DNA of 64,000 bases from Octopus vulgaris (GCA_951406725.2 OX597839.1:33294001-33358000), one strand, 5' to 3'. Positions 12,998-25,012 are shown, counted from the first letter of the stretch. Notes: generated by a model not told the origin, from the letters alone. A program made the numbers and translations.

Positions 12998-13032
<35 letters not shown>

Positions 13033-13334
13033 TTATATACATTATTTATATATATATATATATACACACACATATTTATATACATTATATATATATATAT
13101 AAACACACATATTTATATACATTATATATATATATAAACACACATATTTATATACATTATATATATATATAAACACACATATTTATATACATTATATATA
13201 TATATAAACACACATATTTATATACATTATATATATATAAACACATATTTATATACATTATATATATATATATATATAAACACATATTTATATACATTAT
13301 ATATATATATATACATTATATATATATATATATA

Positions 13335-13397
<63 letters not shown>

Positions 13398-13485
13398 TAT
13401 ATATATATATATATTATATATATATATATACATTATATATATATATACATTATATATATATATATATATACTCATTATATATATA
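12680..13485. repeat. ~30-40 bp minisatellite ACACACATATTTATATACATT(AT)n
   Basis: About 20 units, visible directly, decaying into pure (TA)n. Confidence 0.9.
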
Positions 13486-13497
13486 TGTGTTTATCTC

Positions 13498-13732
13498 CAG
13501 GGTTGGCCACAAGTCACCCAATATTAAATCAAGATTCCCTAAATACTATCTGAAATTCTGTGTTGACTCAAATGGAAAAAATGTATCACTCAAGGTGGAA
13601 ATCAGTTTGGACAATTTTCTTGATGTTTCATATTTAGATGCTTTTATTAAATTCGTTTAGTTGTTAAACAAATAATAAATCTTGGAATTAAATGGTTTTG
13701 ATCTTCTGTCAAGTGGCTTTTGGCCAACCCTG
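13498..13732 (+). mobile_element. Tc1/mariner-type MITE, copy 2
   Basis: TIRs CAGGGTTGGCCACAAGTCAC / GTGGCTTTTGGCCAACCCTG, followed by TA. Confidence 0.8.
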
Positions 13733-13758
13733 TACGTGTATATATTATATAAAAGATC

Positions 13759-14083
13759 GTAGATAAGGCCAGAATAATGCGAAATGCAAGGCAAATCACG
13801 AAAATGCAAATATGTGAATTAATATAAACTTAACTTGTATTCAATATTTCGGGGCTATGACCCCATTTTCAAGAAATAGACGAATGTTGCCGATGTGCGT
13901 GGGTGTGAGCGTGTGTGGAGTGGACATGTACATGTCCACTCCACACATGCACATCAGCAACATTCGTCTATTTCTTGAAAATGGGGTCATAACCCCGAAA
14001 TATTGAATACAAGTTTATATTAATTCACATATTTGCATTCTTATGATTTACCTTGCATTTCGCATTGTTCTGGCCTTATCTAC
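13759..14083. mobile_element. ~325-bp palindrome, probably an inverted Penelope-like terminus with a hammerhead-like motif in each arm
   Basis: Arms GTAGATAAGGCCAGAA... / ...TTCTGGCCTTATCTAC; spacerless centre GGACATGTACATGTCC; TA-rich flanks. Confidence 0.7.
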
Positions 14084-14200
14084 AAACTATTATACTATAT
14101 ATATATATAACACTATATATATATATATATATATATATAACACTATTAGTGCACGATACTAAGGTGACATACACAGAAGTCACATAAAATATACAGACAA

Positions 14201-14234
<34 letters not shown>

Positions 14235-14339
14235 GTATGTATGTATATGCATGCGTATACATATTTAGAAATACATTCGTAGATATTTGTCAAAAACTGA
14301 TGCAGTCAAATCTTAGTCAGCATCATCACTCAATACACA

Positions 14340-14512
14340 CACATCTCACAGTATCGATGTTGTTATACCTCGCTGATCACAATGCGCATAGCATCGTTAT
14401 AGCTTTTGAACAACGTTACTCCACTAGCAAGGCTATTTGGCCGCAGGGTATACCAATTTACAGGTGAGTGGACTCGAGCAACACGAAGTGAAGTGTCTTG
14501 CTCAAGAAACAC
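14340..14512 (-). mobile_element. Old SINE fragment with the alternative A-type tail (CAATGCG...GCATTGTGA(C/T)CAGCGA)
   Basis: Similar to 31600-31680, 62137-62210 and 8732-8795. Confidence 0.5.
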
Positions 14513-14679
14513 CTATCACGACCTATTTTCAAATTTCTAATTATTAATTAATAATTTTTAAAAAATGAATGTTTTTAAAATGCAAAAAATATTTTGAGTT
14601 ATTTTTAATTTTTAATAGAAGTAACGAGTAATAACAAATAAAAGTAATTACTTGTAATAAAAGCTAATATTTTCTAAAT

Positions 14680-14867
14680 TTAATCCAAACAAGAAAGCAC
14701 AAAAAACACAACAACGCGAGGACATGGAACAAATATAATATTATTGGACGCTGAGGAAAGAAGGAAAGAAGGAGAGTTTAACGTTTCGAGCGGATCTCTT
14801 CGTCGGAAACATAGGAGACGGAAAAATCCAGAGAAGGGAAGACAGAGGAAAAATAATCGCCAACTGT
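14680..14867 (-). mobile_element. Penelope-like fragment, family P1
   Basis: Matches 8312-8520 and 31953-32149. Confidence 0.65.
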
Positions 14868-14901
14868 ATTTTATTCCAGATTTTAATCCTTAGCTGCAAT
14901 A

Positions 14902-15292
14902 TCTTTATATATAAAAGTGAGGTTGTGTGTCTGTCTCCTACGATTTAGATTCCTAACAACTCCCACATTTTGCGGTGCAGTTTAACCAAAACCGGGTATC
15001 TTATAGTCGTGATTCATATTGAGCCCTTCTGGGTATTAGCACGCGTCTACGATGAGTCTACAATTTAAAAAAAAATTTACCATCAATTTTTCCCATTTTT
15101 AATGCATTTTTGACATATATAAGGGAAGTAACTCTTTGAAAATGTATTATTAAATCTCAGAACGTAAAAAGCTACAGTAACACCCCCTTTGTGGTTAGCC
15201 ATATTGAGATGGCTATTATACTTTACATCTCTAAAAATGCTTATATAGTTATTTCCCTTACAAACCCGAGCAACGCCGGGCGATACTGCTAG
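14902..15292 (+). mobile_element. Non-autonomous Helitron
   Basis: A|TCTTTATATATAAAAG ... CCCGAGCAACGCCGGG hairpin + CGATACTGCTAG|T: 5' TC, 3' CTAG, A/T target and no TSD. Second copy at 46302-46696. Confidence 0.9.
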
Positions 15293-15469
15293 TTTTAAGT
15301 AAAACTTTTCTTGTTCTGGACTTTACCAGATGTAATAACTTGTCCTGTAATTTTCCAGGTTCATAATCTTAAGAATATTATTTCTCTTGCTCGCATTTTG
15401 TCATGTAAGTATCTATGTAAGTATGTATGTGTTTATGTATGCATCTATCTATCTATCCATCTATATTTT

Positions 15470-15820
15470 TATTCTTTTACTTGTTTCAGTCATTTGACCG
15501 CGTCCATGTTGGAGCACTGCCTTTAGTCGAAGAAATTGACCCCCAAGACTTATTCTTTGTAAGCCTGGTATTTATTCTTTCAATCTCTTTTGCCGAACCA
15601 CTAGGTTTCGAGGATGTAAACACACCAACATCGGTTGTCAAGTGATGACGAGGGGGGGAGGAGATAAATACAGACACAGACACACACAACGGGCTTCTTT
15701 CAGTTTCCGTCTACTAGATCCATTCACAAAGCTTTGTTCGACCAAGGTGCCATGCAGTGGGACTGAACCCGAAACCATGTGGTTGGTAAGCAGGCTTCTT
15801 ACCCCCACAACCATGCCTAT
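15470..15820 (-). mobile_element. SINE family B (older, internally deleted)
   Basis: Homology to the B consensus. Confidence 0.8.
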
Positions 15821-15854
15821 ACATGTACATACATGTAAACATACATACATACAA

Positions 15855-15899
<45 letters not shown>

Positions 15900-16540
15900 C
15901 AGTCGAACAAAAGGAATCCGAAGTTTGAGAGAAATGCATTTTAATTATAAAAAAATAATAAAATAAAACAATTTTCTCAAATATCTTTAACAGCGAATTT
16001 TCGGTGAGAAAATCGAATAATCAACAACAACAAAAAATCCCACAAGAAAAAAACATCAATTGTCGTGTTAAAAGTTTTGGACGATATCACAGGAGACTCT
16101 TGGAAACCACGCAATATCAACCATTGGCTAATCAATACATGTCTAGATGTAGCTTGCTATCAATTTGAAACAATATGTAGAAGATGCCTGAAGGGGAGGA
16201 TATTGTATTGAAAAGACCTGATGGTGATAAAGCTGTGCTATCTTAAGTAAAATAATTGAACACCGCATACAAGATTTGCTTAAGCTGCCTTTTAGAATTC
16301 CTCTTGTCTTTTAATACAATTGTCAGTCGAATATGATCGCACCTTAAGAGCAGGGGAGATGTGGAGAGGAGGAAGCATATCGGAAATATTTGAATTATTA
16401 AATTCAGGCTGTGTGATGTAACAAAGAGAGGGAAAAACTTATAGAAAACTTGATTACAATATGGCGTTTTAGTCTGTTCTCTAGTGATGGCGGCTTGAAT
16501 CACTGTACCTGACAAATATATCTTGCAGTTGTAATTGTTA

Positions 16541-17147
16541 CAAATACCTATTTCTTTACTACCCACAAGGGGCTAAACACAGAGGGGACAAACAAGGACA
16601 GACAAACGGATTAAGTCGATTACATCGACCCCAGTGCGTAACTGGTACTTATCTAATCGACCCTGAAAGGATGAAAGGCAAAGTCGACCTCGGCGGAATT
16701 TGAACTCAGAACGTAGTAGCAGACGAAATACCTATTTCTTTACTACCCACAGGGGGATAAACATGGAGGGGACAAACAAGGACAGACAAACGGATTAAGT
16801 TGATTACATCGACCCCAGTGCGTAACTGGTACTTATTTACTCAACCCCGAAAGGATGAAAGGCAAAGTCGACCTCGGCGGAATTTGAACTCACAACGTAA
16901 CGGCAGACGAAATACCTATTTCTTTACTACCCACAGGGGGATAAACACAGAGAGGACAAACAAGGACAGACAAACGGATTAAGTCGATTACATCGACCCC
17001 AGTGCGTAACTGGTACTTTTCTAATCGACCCCGAAATGATGAAAGGCAAAGTTGACCTCGGTGGAATTTGAACTCAGAACATAGCGGCAGACGAAATACT
17101 GCTAAGCATTTCGCCCGGTGTGCTAACGTTTCTGCCAGCTCGCCACC
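16541..17147 (-). repeat. SINE-C tandem array: one head + 3 units of ~184 bp
   Basis: Head GGCGAGCTGGCAGAAACGTTAGC at the right end; junction AAAGAAATA|GGTATTTCG on the minus strand. Confidence 0.9.
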
Positions 17148-17522
17148 TGTGGCTATCACAAGTTGTGTCATTGTGAAAGGGCACAGACCCATCATAGCTG
17201 TGGCGTTGTGAATATACAAAAGCCCATCGCACTTGCGTCGTTGTGAAAACAACATTTTCTCTTGTCTTCAATCTTGACAAATGGCTTGTACCCAAAACGT
17301 TGATAATGTTTCATTTGTGCACAACATTTACAATAAGTTATTGTTTTTTTTTATCAATTCCACATTTGAGTGGAATGCGGGCACACAAACACACACACAC
17401 ATACAGATATATATATATATACACACATGTACACACACATATACACATACATATATATATATACACACATGTACACACACATATACACATACATATATAT
17501 ATATACACACATGTACACACAC

Positions 17523-17565
<43 letters not shown>

Positions 17566-17574
17566 TGTAGGTTT

Positions 17575-17788
17575 CAAATTTTGGCACAAGGCCAGCAAGG
17601 TTTTGGGGGGGGGAAGGCTAAGTCGATTACATCGACCCCAGTGTTCAACTGGTTCTTATTTTATCGACCCCGAAAGGATAAAAGGCAAAGTCGACCTCAG
17701 CGGAATTTGAACTTAGAATGTAAAGACTGACGAAATGCCGCAAAGCATTTTGAACGGAGTTCTAACGATTCTGCCTGTTCACTGCCTT
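17575..17788 (-). mobile_element. SINE-C single diverged copy with alternative tail (TGCTGGCCTTGTGCCAAAAT)
   Basis: Core GTCGACTTTGCC...CCTTTCGGGGTCGAT; the same tail is present at 41510-41690. Confidence 0.7.
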
Positions 17789-17869
17789 CATACACACACA
17801 TGTATACATACATATATACTTACATACAGATACGTAGAGTAAGAGAGGGAGGGAATGAGAGAGAGAAAG

Positions 17870-18362
17870 AGGTGTGGCTGTGTGGTAAGAAGCTGTCTTT
17901 CTGACTACACGGTTTTGGGTTCAGTCCCACTACGTCACACCTTGGGCAACCAAAGCCTTGTGAATGGATTTGGCAGACAGAAACTGAAAGAAGCCCGTCG
18001 TATATTCTGAAAGCCGGTCACCCACACCACTTAATGAGCGGTGCTGGTTTAATTATGTTTCCGTAACTTAACGGTTCAGCAAAACAGAGACGATAAAGTA
18101 TCACGTTTTAAAAAACAGAACTGGGGGTCAATTCATTCAGCTAAAAATTCTTGAAGGCGGTGCCCCAGCATGGCCGTAGCCTAAGATAAAAGATAAATAA
18201 AAAGAGAGAGGCGTGGCTGTGTGGTAAAAAGCTTGCTTCCCAACCACATGGTTCTGGGTTCAGTCCCACTGTGTGGCACCTTGAGCAAATGACTTCTGCA
18301 ATAAGCTCGGGCCGACTGAATCCTTGTGAGTTGATTTGGTAGACGGAAACTGAAAGAAGCCT
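17870..18362 (+). mobile_element. Two adjacent older SINE-B copies
   Basis: Heads at ~17870 and ~18210. Confidence 0.8.
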
Positions 18363-19200
18363 GCCAACAACTTAGAATATTTCTGATCTTTATGGCATGA
18401 AATGACCTTCCAATGGATTTTGGAATTGTTTTCTTTCAAAGCACCACTCAGCAGAAATTTTTCTTGGAATCGGTAAAACTCTTCGTCAGAAAGAAAGATT
18501 GGTTTTCCATAATTATTGGCAAATACTGGAAGCTAAGCCAGAAGTTTCCGGAGAATCACGAACCGACAGAACTGTAATGGCAGATGTTTTCTTTTCGTTT
18601 GTTGATATATTTTCAATAAACAAAAAGTGTACATCTACATACTCATGGACGTATATACATACACACACAACACTACACGCATATACATACACGATCACAC
18701 ACACACACACACACACACGTGTATGTATGTATGTAGCTGTTGGGGGTGTTTGTCTCCCCTTCGTAAATATATAAAGACACAGGAAATGTGTCAAGGCCGA
18801 CAGGAAGCGTCGATGCTTCCTAGGGCTAAACAGCGGTGGTGTAATCCCCTACTGTCACATTAAGTTGACAGTATACAACCACTCTATCGCCCAACCACCG
18901 TACATATCTCTATGAGATATTTAGAAATTTAATATTTCTGATATATATATATATATTTATATATATATATATGAGCACTCAACATCTTAAATCTGCTGTA
19001 ATTCTTACAACTTTTAATAAAATGTTGTAGTGCGAAACAATTGTACCAAACTACCAGAGTCATTCTTGTTGCTCATTTTTTATTATAATCACCCCGCAAA
19101 TTTTTTGGATAACACCATACAAAATTCTGGTGCATCTAAATTAAGTACCATATTCATTTGAATCTAAATTGTTACATATATATATATATATATATATATG

Positions 19201-19592
19201 TAGGAGTGGCTGTGTGGTAAGTAGCTTGCTTACCAACCACATGGTTCCGGGGTTCAGTCCCACTGCGTGGCATCTTGGGCAAGTGTCTTCTGCTATAGCC
19301 CCGGGCCGACCAATGCCTTGTGAGTGGATTTGGTAGACGGAAACTGAAAGAAGCCTGTCGTATATATGTATGTATATATATATGTGTGTGTGTGTGTTTG
19401 TCCCCCTAGCATTGCTTGACAACCGATGCTGGTGTGTTTACGTCCTCGTCACTTAGCTGTTCGGCAAAAGAGACCGATAGAATAAGTACTGGGCTTACAA
19501 AGAATAAGTCCTGGGGTCGATTTGCTTGACTAAAGGCGGTGCTCCAGCATGGCCGCAGTCAAATGACTGAAACAAGTAAAAGAATAAAAGAA
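19201..19592 (+). mobile_element. SINE family B, full length
   Basis: High identity to 777-1206. Confidence 0.9.
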
Positions 19593-19657
19593 TATATATA
19601 TATATATATAAACATGTTCACAGCAAACACTCGTTTACACGTACATAATACACACTA

Positions 19658-20030
19658 CGGCACTCCGTCAATTACGACGAGGGTTCCAGTTGATCCGATC
19701 AACGGAACAGCCTACTCGTGAAATTAACATGCAAGTGGTTGAGTGCTCCACAGACACGTGTATCCTTAACATTTTTCTTGGGGAGATTCAGCGTGACACA
19801 GGGTGTGACAAGGCTGGCTCCTTTGAAATACAGGTACAGCAGAAACAGGAAGAGTGGGAGAAAGTTGTGGCGAAAGAGTACAGCAGGATTCTCCACCACC
19901 CCCTGCCAGAGTCTCGTGGGGGCTTTAGGTGTTTTCGCTCAACAAACACTCACAACGCCCGATCTAGGAATCGAAACCGCGATCCTATGACCGTGAGTCC
20001 GCTGCCCTAACCACTGGTCCATTGCGCCTC
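19658..20030 (-). mobile_element. SINE family A, full length
   Basis: Reverse complement of 109-495 (diverged). Confidence 0.85.
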
Positions 20031-20047
20031 AACACACATACACTTGT

Positions 20048-20460
20048 ATTGGAAGGTCATTTCATGCCATAAAGATCAGAAATATTCTAAGTTGTTGGCA
20101 GGCTTCTTTCAGTTTCCGTCTACCAAATCAACTCACAAGGATTCAGTCGGCCCTGAGCCTATTGCAGAAGTCATTTGCTCAAGGTGCCATGCAGTGGGAC
20201 TGAACCCATAACCATGTGGTTGGGAAGCAAGCTTTTTACCACACATCCACGCCTCTCTCTTTTTATTTATCTTTTATCTGGGACTACGACCATGCTGGGG
20301 CACTGCCTGCAAGAATTTTTAGTCGAATGAATTGACCCCCAGTTCTGTTTTTTAAAACGTGATACTTTATCGTCTCTGTTTTGCTGAACCGTTAAGTTAC
20401 GGGAACATAATCAAACCAGCACCGCTCGTCAAGCGGTGTGGGTGACTGGCTTTCAGAATA
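20048..20460 (-). repeat. Inverted local duplicate of 18003-18413
   Basis: Copies the same SINE-B/SINE-B junction plus ~50 bp of unique flank (TTGGAAGGTCATTTCATGCCATAAAGATCAG). Confidence 0.9.
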
Positions 20461-20474
20461 CTTGTATGTGTGTT

Positions 20475-20785
20475 CATCATCGTTTAACGTCCGCTTTCCA
20501 TGCTAGCATGGGTTGGACGGTTCAACTGGGGTCTGGGAAGCGCGAAGGCTGCACCAGACCAGTCAGATCTGGCAGTGTTTCTACAGCTGGATGCCCTTCC
20601 TAATGCCAACCACTCCGAGAGTGTAGTGGGTGATTTTATATGCCACCGACACAGGTGCCAGACGAGGCTGGCGAACGGCCATGCTCGGATGGTGTTTTTT
20701 ATGTGCCACCGACACAGGTGCCAGACGAGGCTTTGTTTCAAACATTTGACTGTGGCCATGCTGGAGCACCGCCTTTAGTCGAGCA
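20475..20785 (-). mobile_element. SINE module D plus short B-tail fragment
   Basis: Reverse complement of 9463-9650 and 11079-11461. Confidence 0.75.
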
Positions 20786-21142
20786 CCGTTAATTCTTCCC
20801 TCCGCTTCACTAACCCTCCCTAACCCTTCAACTCTCCCCTATTCCACCTACCCCTTTTCTCTGTAATTAATCCTAATTTATTTATCTTTCAACATCATCC
20901 CTCGTCGTTTATTTTTGTCTCCGGTGAAGAACTCTACACGAAATCTAATCACATTTATTCCACTTCAAATATTAAATAATGTCTGGAATATTTTCCATTA
21001 ATTTTTTGCACAATAACAACTTTATTCCATTTCTCAGATTCCACTATTTTATTCGGAAATCCTCAGCCTTCCAATCTCTCTTACACTTTCTTACCGGATT
21101 CCTTCACTTTTTGCCATCAATTTTCTTTAGGCTTCACTGCAA

Positions 21143-21460
21143 TCTTCCTTCCTTCCTTCCTTTCTTCTTTTCCTTCCTTCCTTCTCTTCCTTCTTCCTTT
21201 CCTTCCTTTCTTCTCTTCTTTCTTCCTTCTCTTCCTTTCTTCTCTTCCTTCCTTTCTTTTCTTCCTTCCTTCCTTCTCTTCCTTCTTCCCTTCCTTTCTT
21301 CTCTTCTTTTCTTCCTTCCCTTCCTTTCTTCTTCCCTTCCTTCCTTCTTCTCTTTCCTTCTCTTCCTTCTCTTCCTTCCTCCCTTCTTTCTTCCCTTCCT
21401 TCCTTCTCTTCCTTCTTCCCTTCCTTCCTTTCTTCTCTTCCTTCTTTTCCTTCTTCCCCT
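21143..21460. repeat. Pure pyrimidine (CTT/CCTT) tract
   Basis: Visible directly; polypurine/polypyrimidine, potentially triplex-forming. Confidence 0.9.
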
Positions 21461-22170
21461 TCAAACCTTTCCCCATGTTTCCCTAATTTTCCTTCCAATT
21501 TTCATCCATAATTCATCCTTAATTTCTTTCCTGATAAATATATTTTTTATCCTCTCCTTCTTTTCTTCCTCCCCCCACCCCCAAACATTGTCCACGAACT
21601 CCCTCAACCAACTCATTTCCGACCCCTTACGTCCACGAAAAAAACAAAACAAAAAGCAAAAACAAAACAACAACAACAACAACAAAACCCCGCACCGCAA
21701 TGTCGCTCATGATAATGCAAAACAATGAACCGGAGAGAGACATTGTTAGCGTTCGTCCAAGAAAATGATTGGCGTTTGGATTTGTGAATATTTACTCTAA
21801 AACCACGCTAATCCTGGATTATACCAATTGGAAACCGAAGATATTAACTACCATTTCAGGGATCAAATGGATTATCGATTACTTTGTTTCCTTATTTTCT
21901 TCTTCTCACCATTTCCTGTCGCTTACCACACGCATAAACATGCGCAAACACATTCACGAACGCACACATGCAAACGTATACACACACCCAAACATAAACA
22001 CACACAAATATATTAGATTAAAAGCTGCAATGTATACAACGTTACAGCCTTTTCATGGATGAATATTAATGTTACTAGAGTGCTCGATATTTTAAGGTAG
22101 AGCCAATTAAATGGCGTCGACGACGGACAGATAAACATTTTGATACGCGAGGTACGATATAATCTATACG

Positions 22171-22599
22171 GGCGATCTTTCGTCTCTAGTAGACCTTTCC
22201 GTCGATTTCCGTAAAAAAAAATTTTTTTTTACATATGGGCTTGCGGGAACTTTTGAAGTAATATATATACATATACACATACACCGAGTAAAAAATTTCA
22301 GTTATCTCTCTCTTTCACACATTACTCTCTCTGTCTCTTCACACACACTAACAGAAGCACTTCACTTACACAACATACTGTCTGTCTCCCACACCCCATC
22401 AAACACACACACTCACACACATGTCCATCAATGCTTCCCATGCACGGTAACTTCAAAAGAACTTCCCTCGTCATACAATCGCTTTCTCTTAGTCTCTTTC
22501 GCTCTCATTACTTCAAAAGTTCCCGCAAGCCCATATGTAAAAAAAGAAAATTTTTTTACGGAAATCGACGGAAAGGTCTACTAGAGATGAAAGATCGCC
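22171..22599 (+). mobile_element. Merlin-type MITE M1, copy a
   Basis: ~90-bp TIRs starting GGCGATCTTTCGTCTCTAG; exact 8-bp TSD TCTATACG (22163-22170 and 22600-22607). Confidence 0.85.
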
Positions 22600-22627
22600 T
22601 CTATACGTACATAAGCATGCATAAATC

Positions 22628-23423
22628 GGTATTCTTTCGATATGACTCGACAAAATCAAAACACTTCAATTCGGCTGCTTCCGTGGAAGCAGTGTCAACT
22701 GTCAGTCGACGAAATGGGAGGAGCAGAAGAAAGCTAATATGGACGATCTTTCGTCTCTAGTAGACCTTTCCATCGATTTCCGTAAAAAATTTTTTTCTTT
22801 TTTTACATATGGGCTTGCGGGAACTTTTGAAGTAATGAGAGCGAAAGAGACTAAGAGAAAGCCATTTTATGACGAGGGAAGTTCTTTTGAAGTTACCTTG
22901 CATGGGAAGCATTGATGGACATGTGTGTGTGTGTGTGTTTGATGGGGTGTGGGAGACAGACAGTATGTTGTGTAAGTGAAGTGCTTCTGTTAGTGTGTGT
23001 GAAGAGACAGAGAGAGTAATGTGTGAAAGAGAGAGATAACTGAAATTTTTTACTCGGTGTATGTGTATATGTATCACTTCAAAAGTTCCCGCAAGCCCAT
23101 ATGTAAAAAAAAAAATTTTTTTACGGAAAGGTCTACTAGAGACGAAAGATCGCCCTAATATGGGTTGTACGTGCGTGCATGCTTGTTCGTTTATTGTTGT
23201 CTGTATCTGTGTGTATGCGTACTTGTTCTTGTCTGTGTATGTGTGCCTGTTGTGTTTTTATATGTTGTGGAATATAGATGTAACGAAATTATTTTACATA
23301 CACACATCAAGCAGGTAAAGAACAAATATGCAAGGCTATTTTTCTTCAAGTTTAGACACAGCTTCCACGGAAACAGCCGAATTGAAGTGTTTTGATTTTG
23401 TCGAGTCAAATCGAAAGAATACC
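22628..23423. mobile_element. Merlin-type MITE M2 (hosts the nested M1 copy)
   Basis: ~70-bp TIRs GGTATTCTTTCGA... / ...TCGAAAGAATACC; exact 8-bp TSD CATAAATC (22620-22627 and 23424-23431). Confidence 0.85.
22742..23154 (-). mobile_element. Merlin-type MITE M1, copy b, nested in M2 in opposite orientation
   Basis: Reverse complement of 22171-22599; exact 8-bp TSD CTAATATG (22734-22741 and 23155-23162). Confidence 0.85.
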
Positions 23424-23826
23424 CATAAATCTAGACGTACATATATGTGCGTAAATATATAAAATTAACAATTCGTATGAACTCCCTTGCTATAAAATAC
23501 AGTAGATAAATCGGTCAAACTAAAGCGTTACACCATTCAAAGAAACCAAAAAAAAAAATGTGTGTAATAGGTGTAAAACAACTTCCTCTGAACGAATATA
23601 AAAAAAAAAATGCGCGCACGCGAAAGGGGACAGCTACTCAAACATTGTGTTTTGATACCAATTAGTTTCAGAAGGGCTCAAAACCTAGTTCGTAGCACTA
23701 ACACAAATCTTGCAATATATATGTACACACACATACGACAAGAAGTAATTTTTGTCTCTTTTTATGGAAACAAAAAGGTTTATAGGACTGCAAAAAAAGA
23801 AATGCTCAAATGTGATTGAGACAGAG

Positions 23827-24974
23827 ATAAAGAAACATTGATCAGAGAACAAACATCAAATTCGAGTCAACGACTTTATATATAACACCATACTTCCTAA
23901 CATTTGATCGTATATAAATATTACCAAGGGTCTTAGACATATAAAAATATACATATACAAAAAAATCACAGAAAAGGAAAATATATCTGCAAATAAAATA
24001 CAAATATATAGATACAGCCTATCAAAAAGGTAAATATGAACGATTAAAAATTCATAAAGATATTCTAAAGCTTGTGATTCTACGAAAAAACTAAGATGAA
24101 ATAAAATATGAATCGACTAAAAATATTTATAAAAAATGTTTTTTTTACTCACCTCAGCCAAGAGTATGTCCAAAAAGGTTCAATTCTTAAAAGCATGGTA
24201 AGTTAGAGTCCAGGAGCAAAAAGGGTTCCACAAAAACTATTCAAACACACCTATGGCCATTTCGGGAGTTCATTGCCGCCGTTCGATTACGTTTGCAGTA
24301 CAACTCGGCAATGATTCCAACCCCTCACCAGCAACCCATCACCGGACCAGTCCAAATTTTCTAACTCACACACAAAAAAGAAAAAAAAAAGCGAATTATT
24401 TCATTGCTAAACATGCAGGTGGCTGTTGTTGATAGAAATTTAAACTCACCGGTTTCAAATCCCCGTAAAACTAAATATTATTTACTACATCCACTTTTTA
24501 CTTCTATTACACTTTCAGAAAAGTAGAAGAAAACTTATGGTTGCCAAAAGGGATCACCTCAGGAAATTTATTTAAAGTTTTAGGCCCAAAAGACTCTTTT
24601 TGCTCCTAGACTCTAACTTACCATGGTTCTAAGAATTGAACCTTTTGGACATACTCTTGGGCGAGGGGAGTAAAAAAAAACAACTTTTTAATAAATATTT
24701 TTAGTCGACTGATATTTTATTTGATCTTAGTTTTTTCGTAGAACGATACGCTTTAGAATATTTTTATGAATTTTTAATCGTTTATATTTACCTTTTTGAT
24801 AGGCTGTTCTATATATTTGTATTTATATTTCCCTGTGTTTTTTTTTGTATATGTATATTTTTATATGTTTAAGAACGATGGTAATATTTATTTATGATCA
24901 AATGTTTGGAGGTATGTTGTTAATTATAAAGTCATTGACTCGAATTTGATGTTCTATGATCAATGTTTCTTTAT
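23827..24974. repeat. Long imperfect inverted repeat (arms 23827-24227 and 24592-24974, ~365-nt spacer)
   Basis: Arms align along their whole length, e.g. ATAAAGAAACATTGATC / GATCAATGTTTCTTTAT and CATGGTAAGTTAGAGTC / GACTCTAACTTACCATG. No TSD seen. Confidence 0.95.
24158..24197 (+). CDS. Candidate 40-nt micro-exon (xKSMSKKVQFLKA-W)
   Basis: Acceptor TTTTTTTTACTCACCTCAG, donor ATG|GTAAGT; open frame in phase with the candidate exon at 28298. No homology recognised. Confidence 0.3.
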
Positions 24975-25012
24975 ACATACATACATACATACATATATAT
25001 ATTTCTGTGTGA

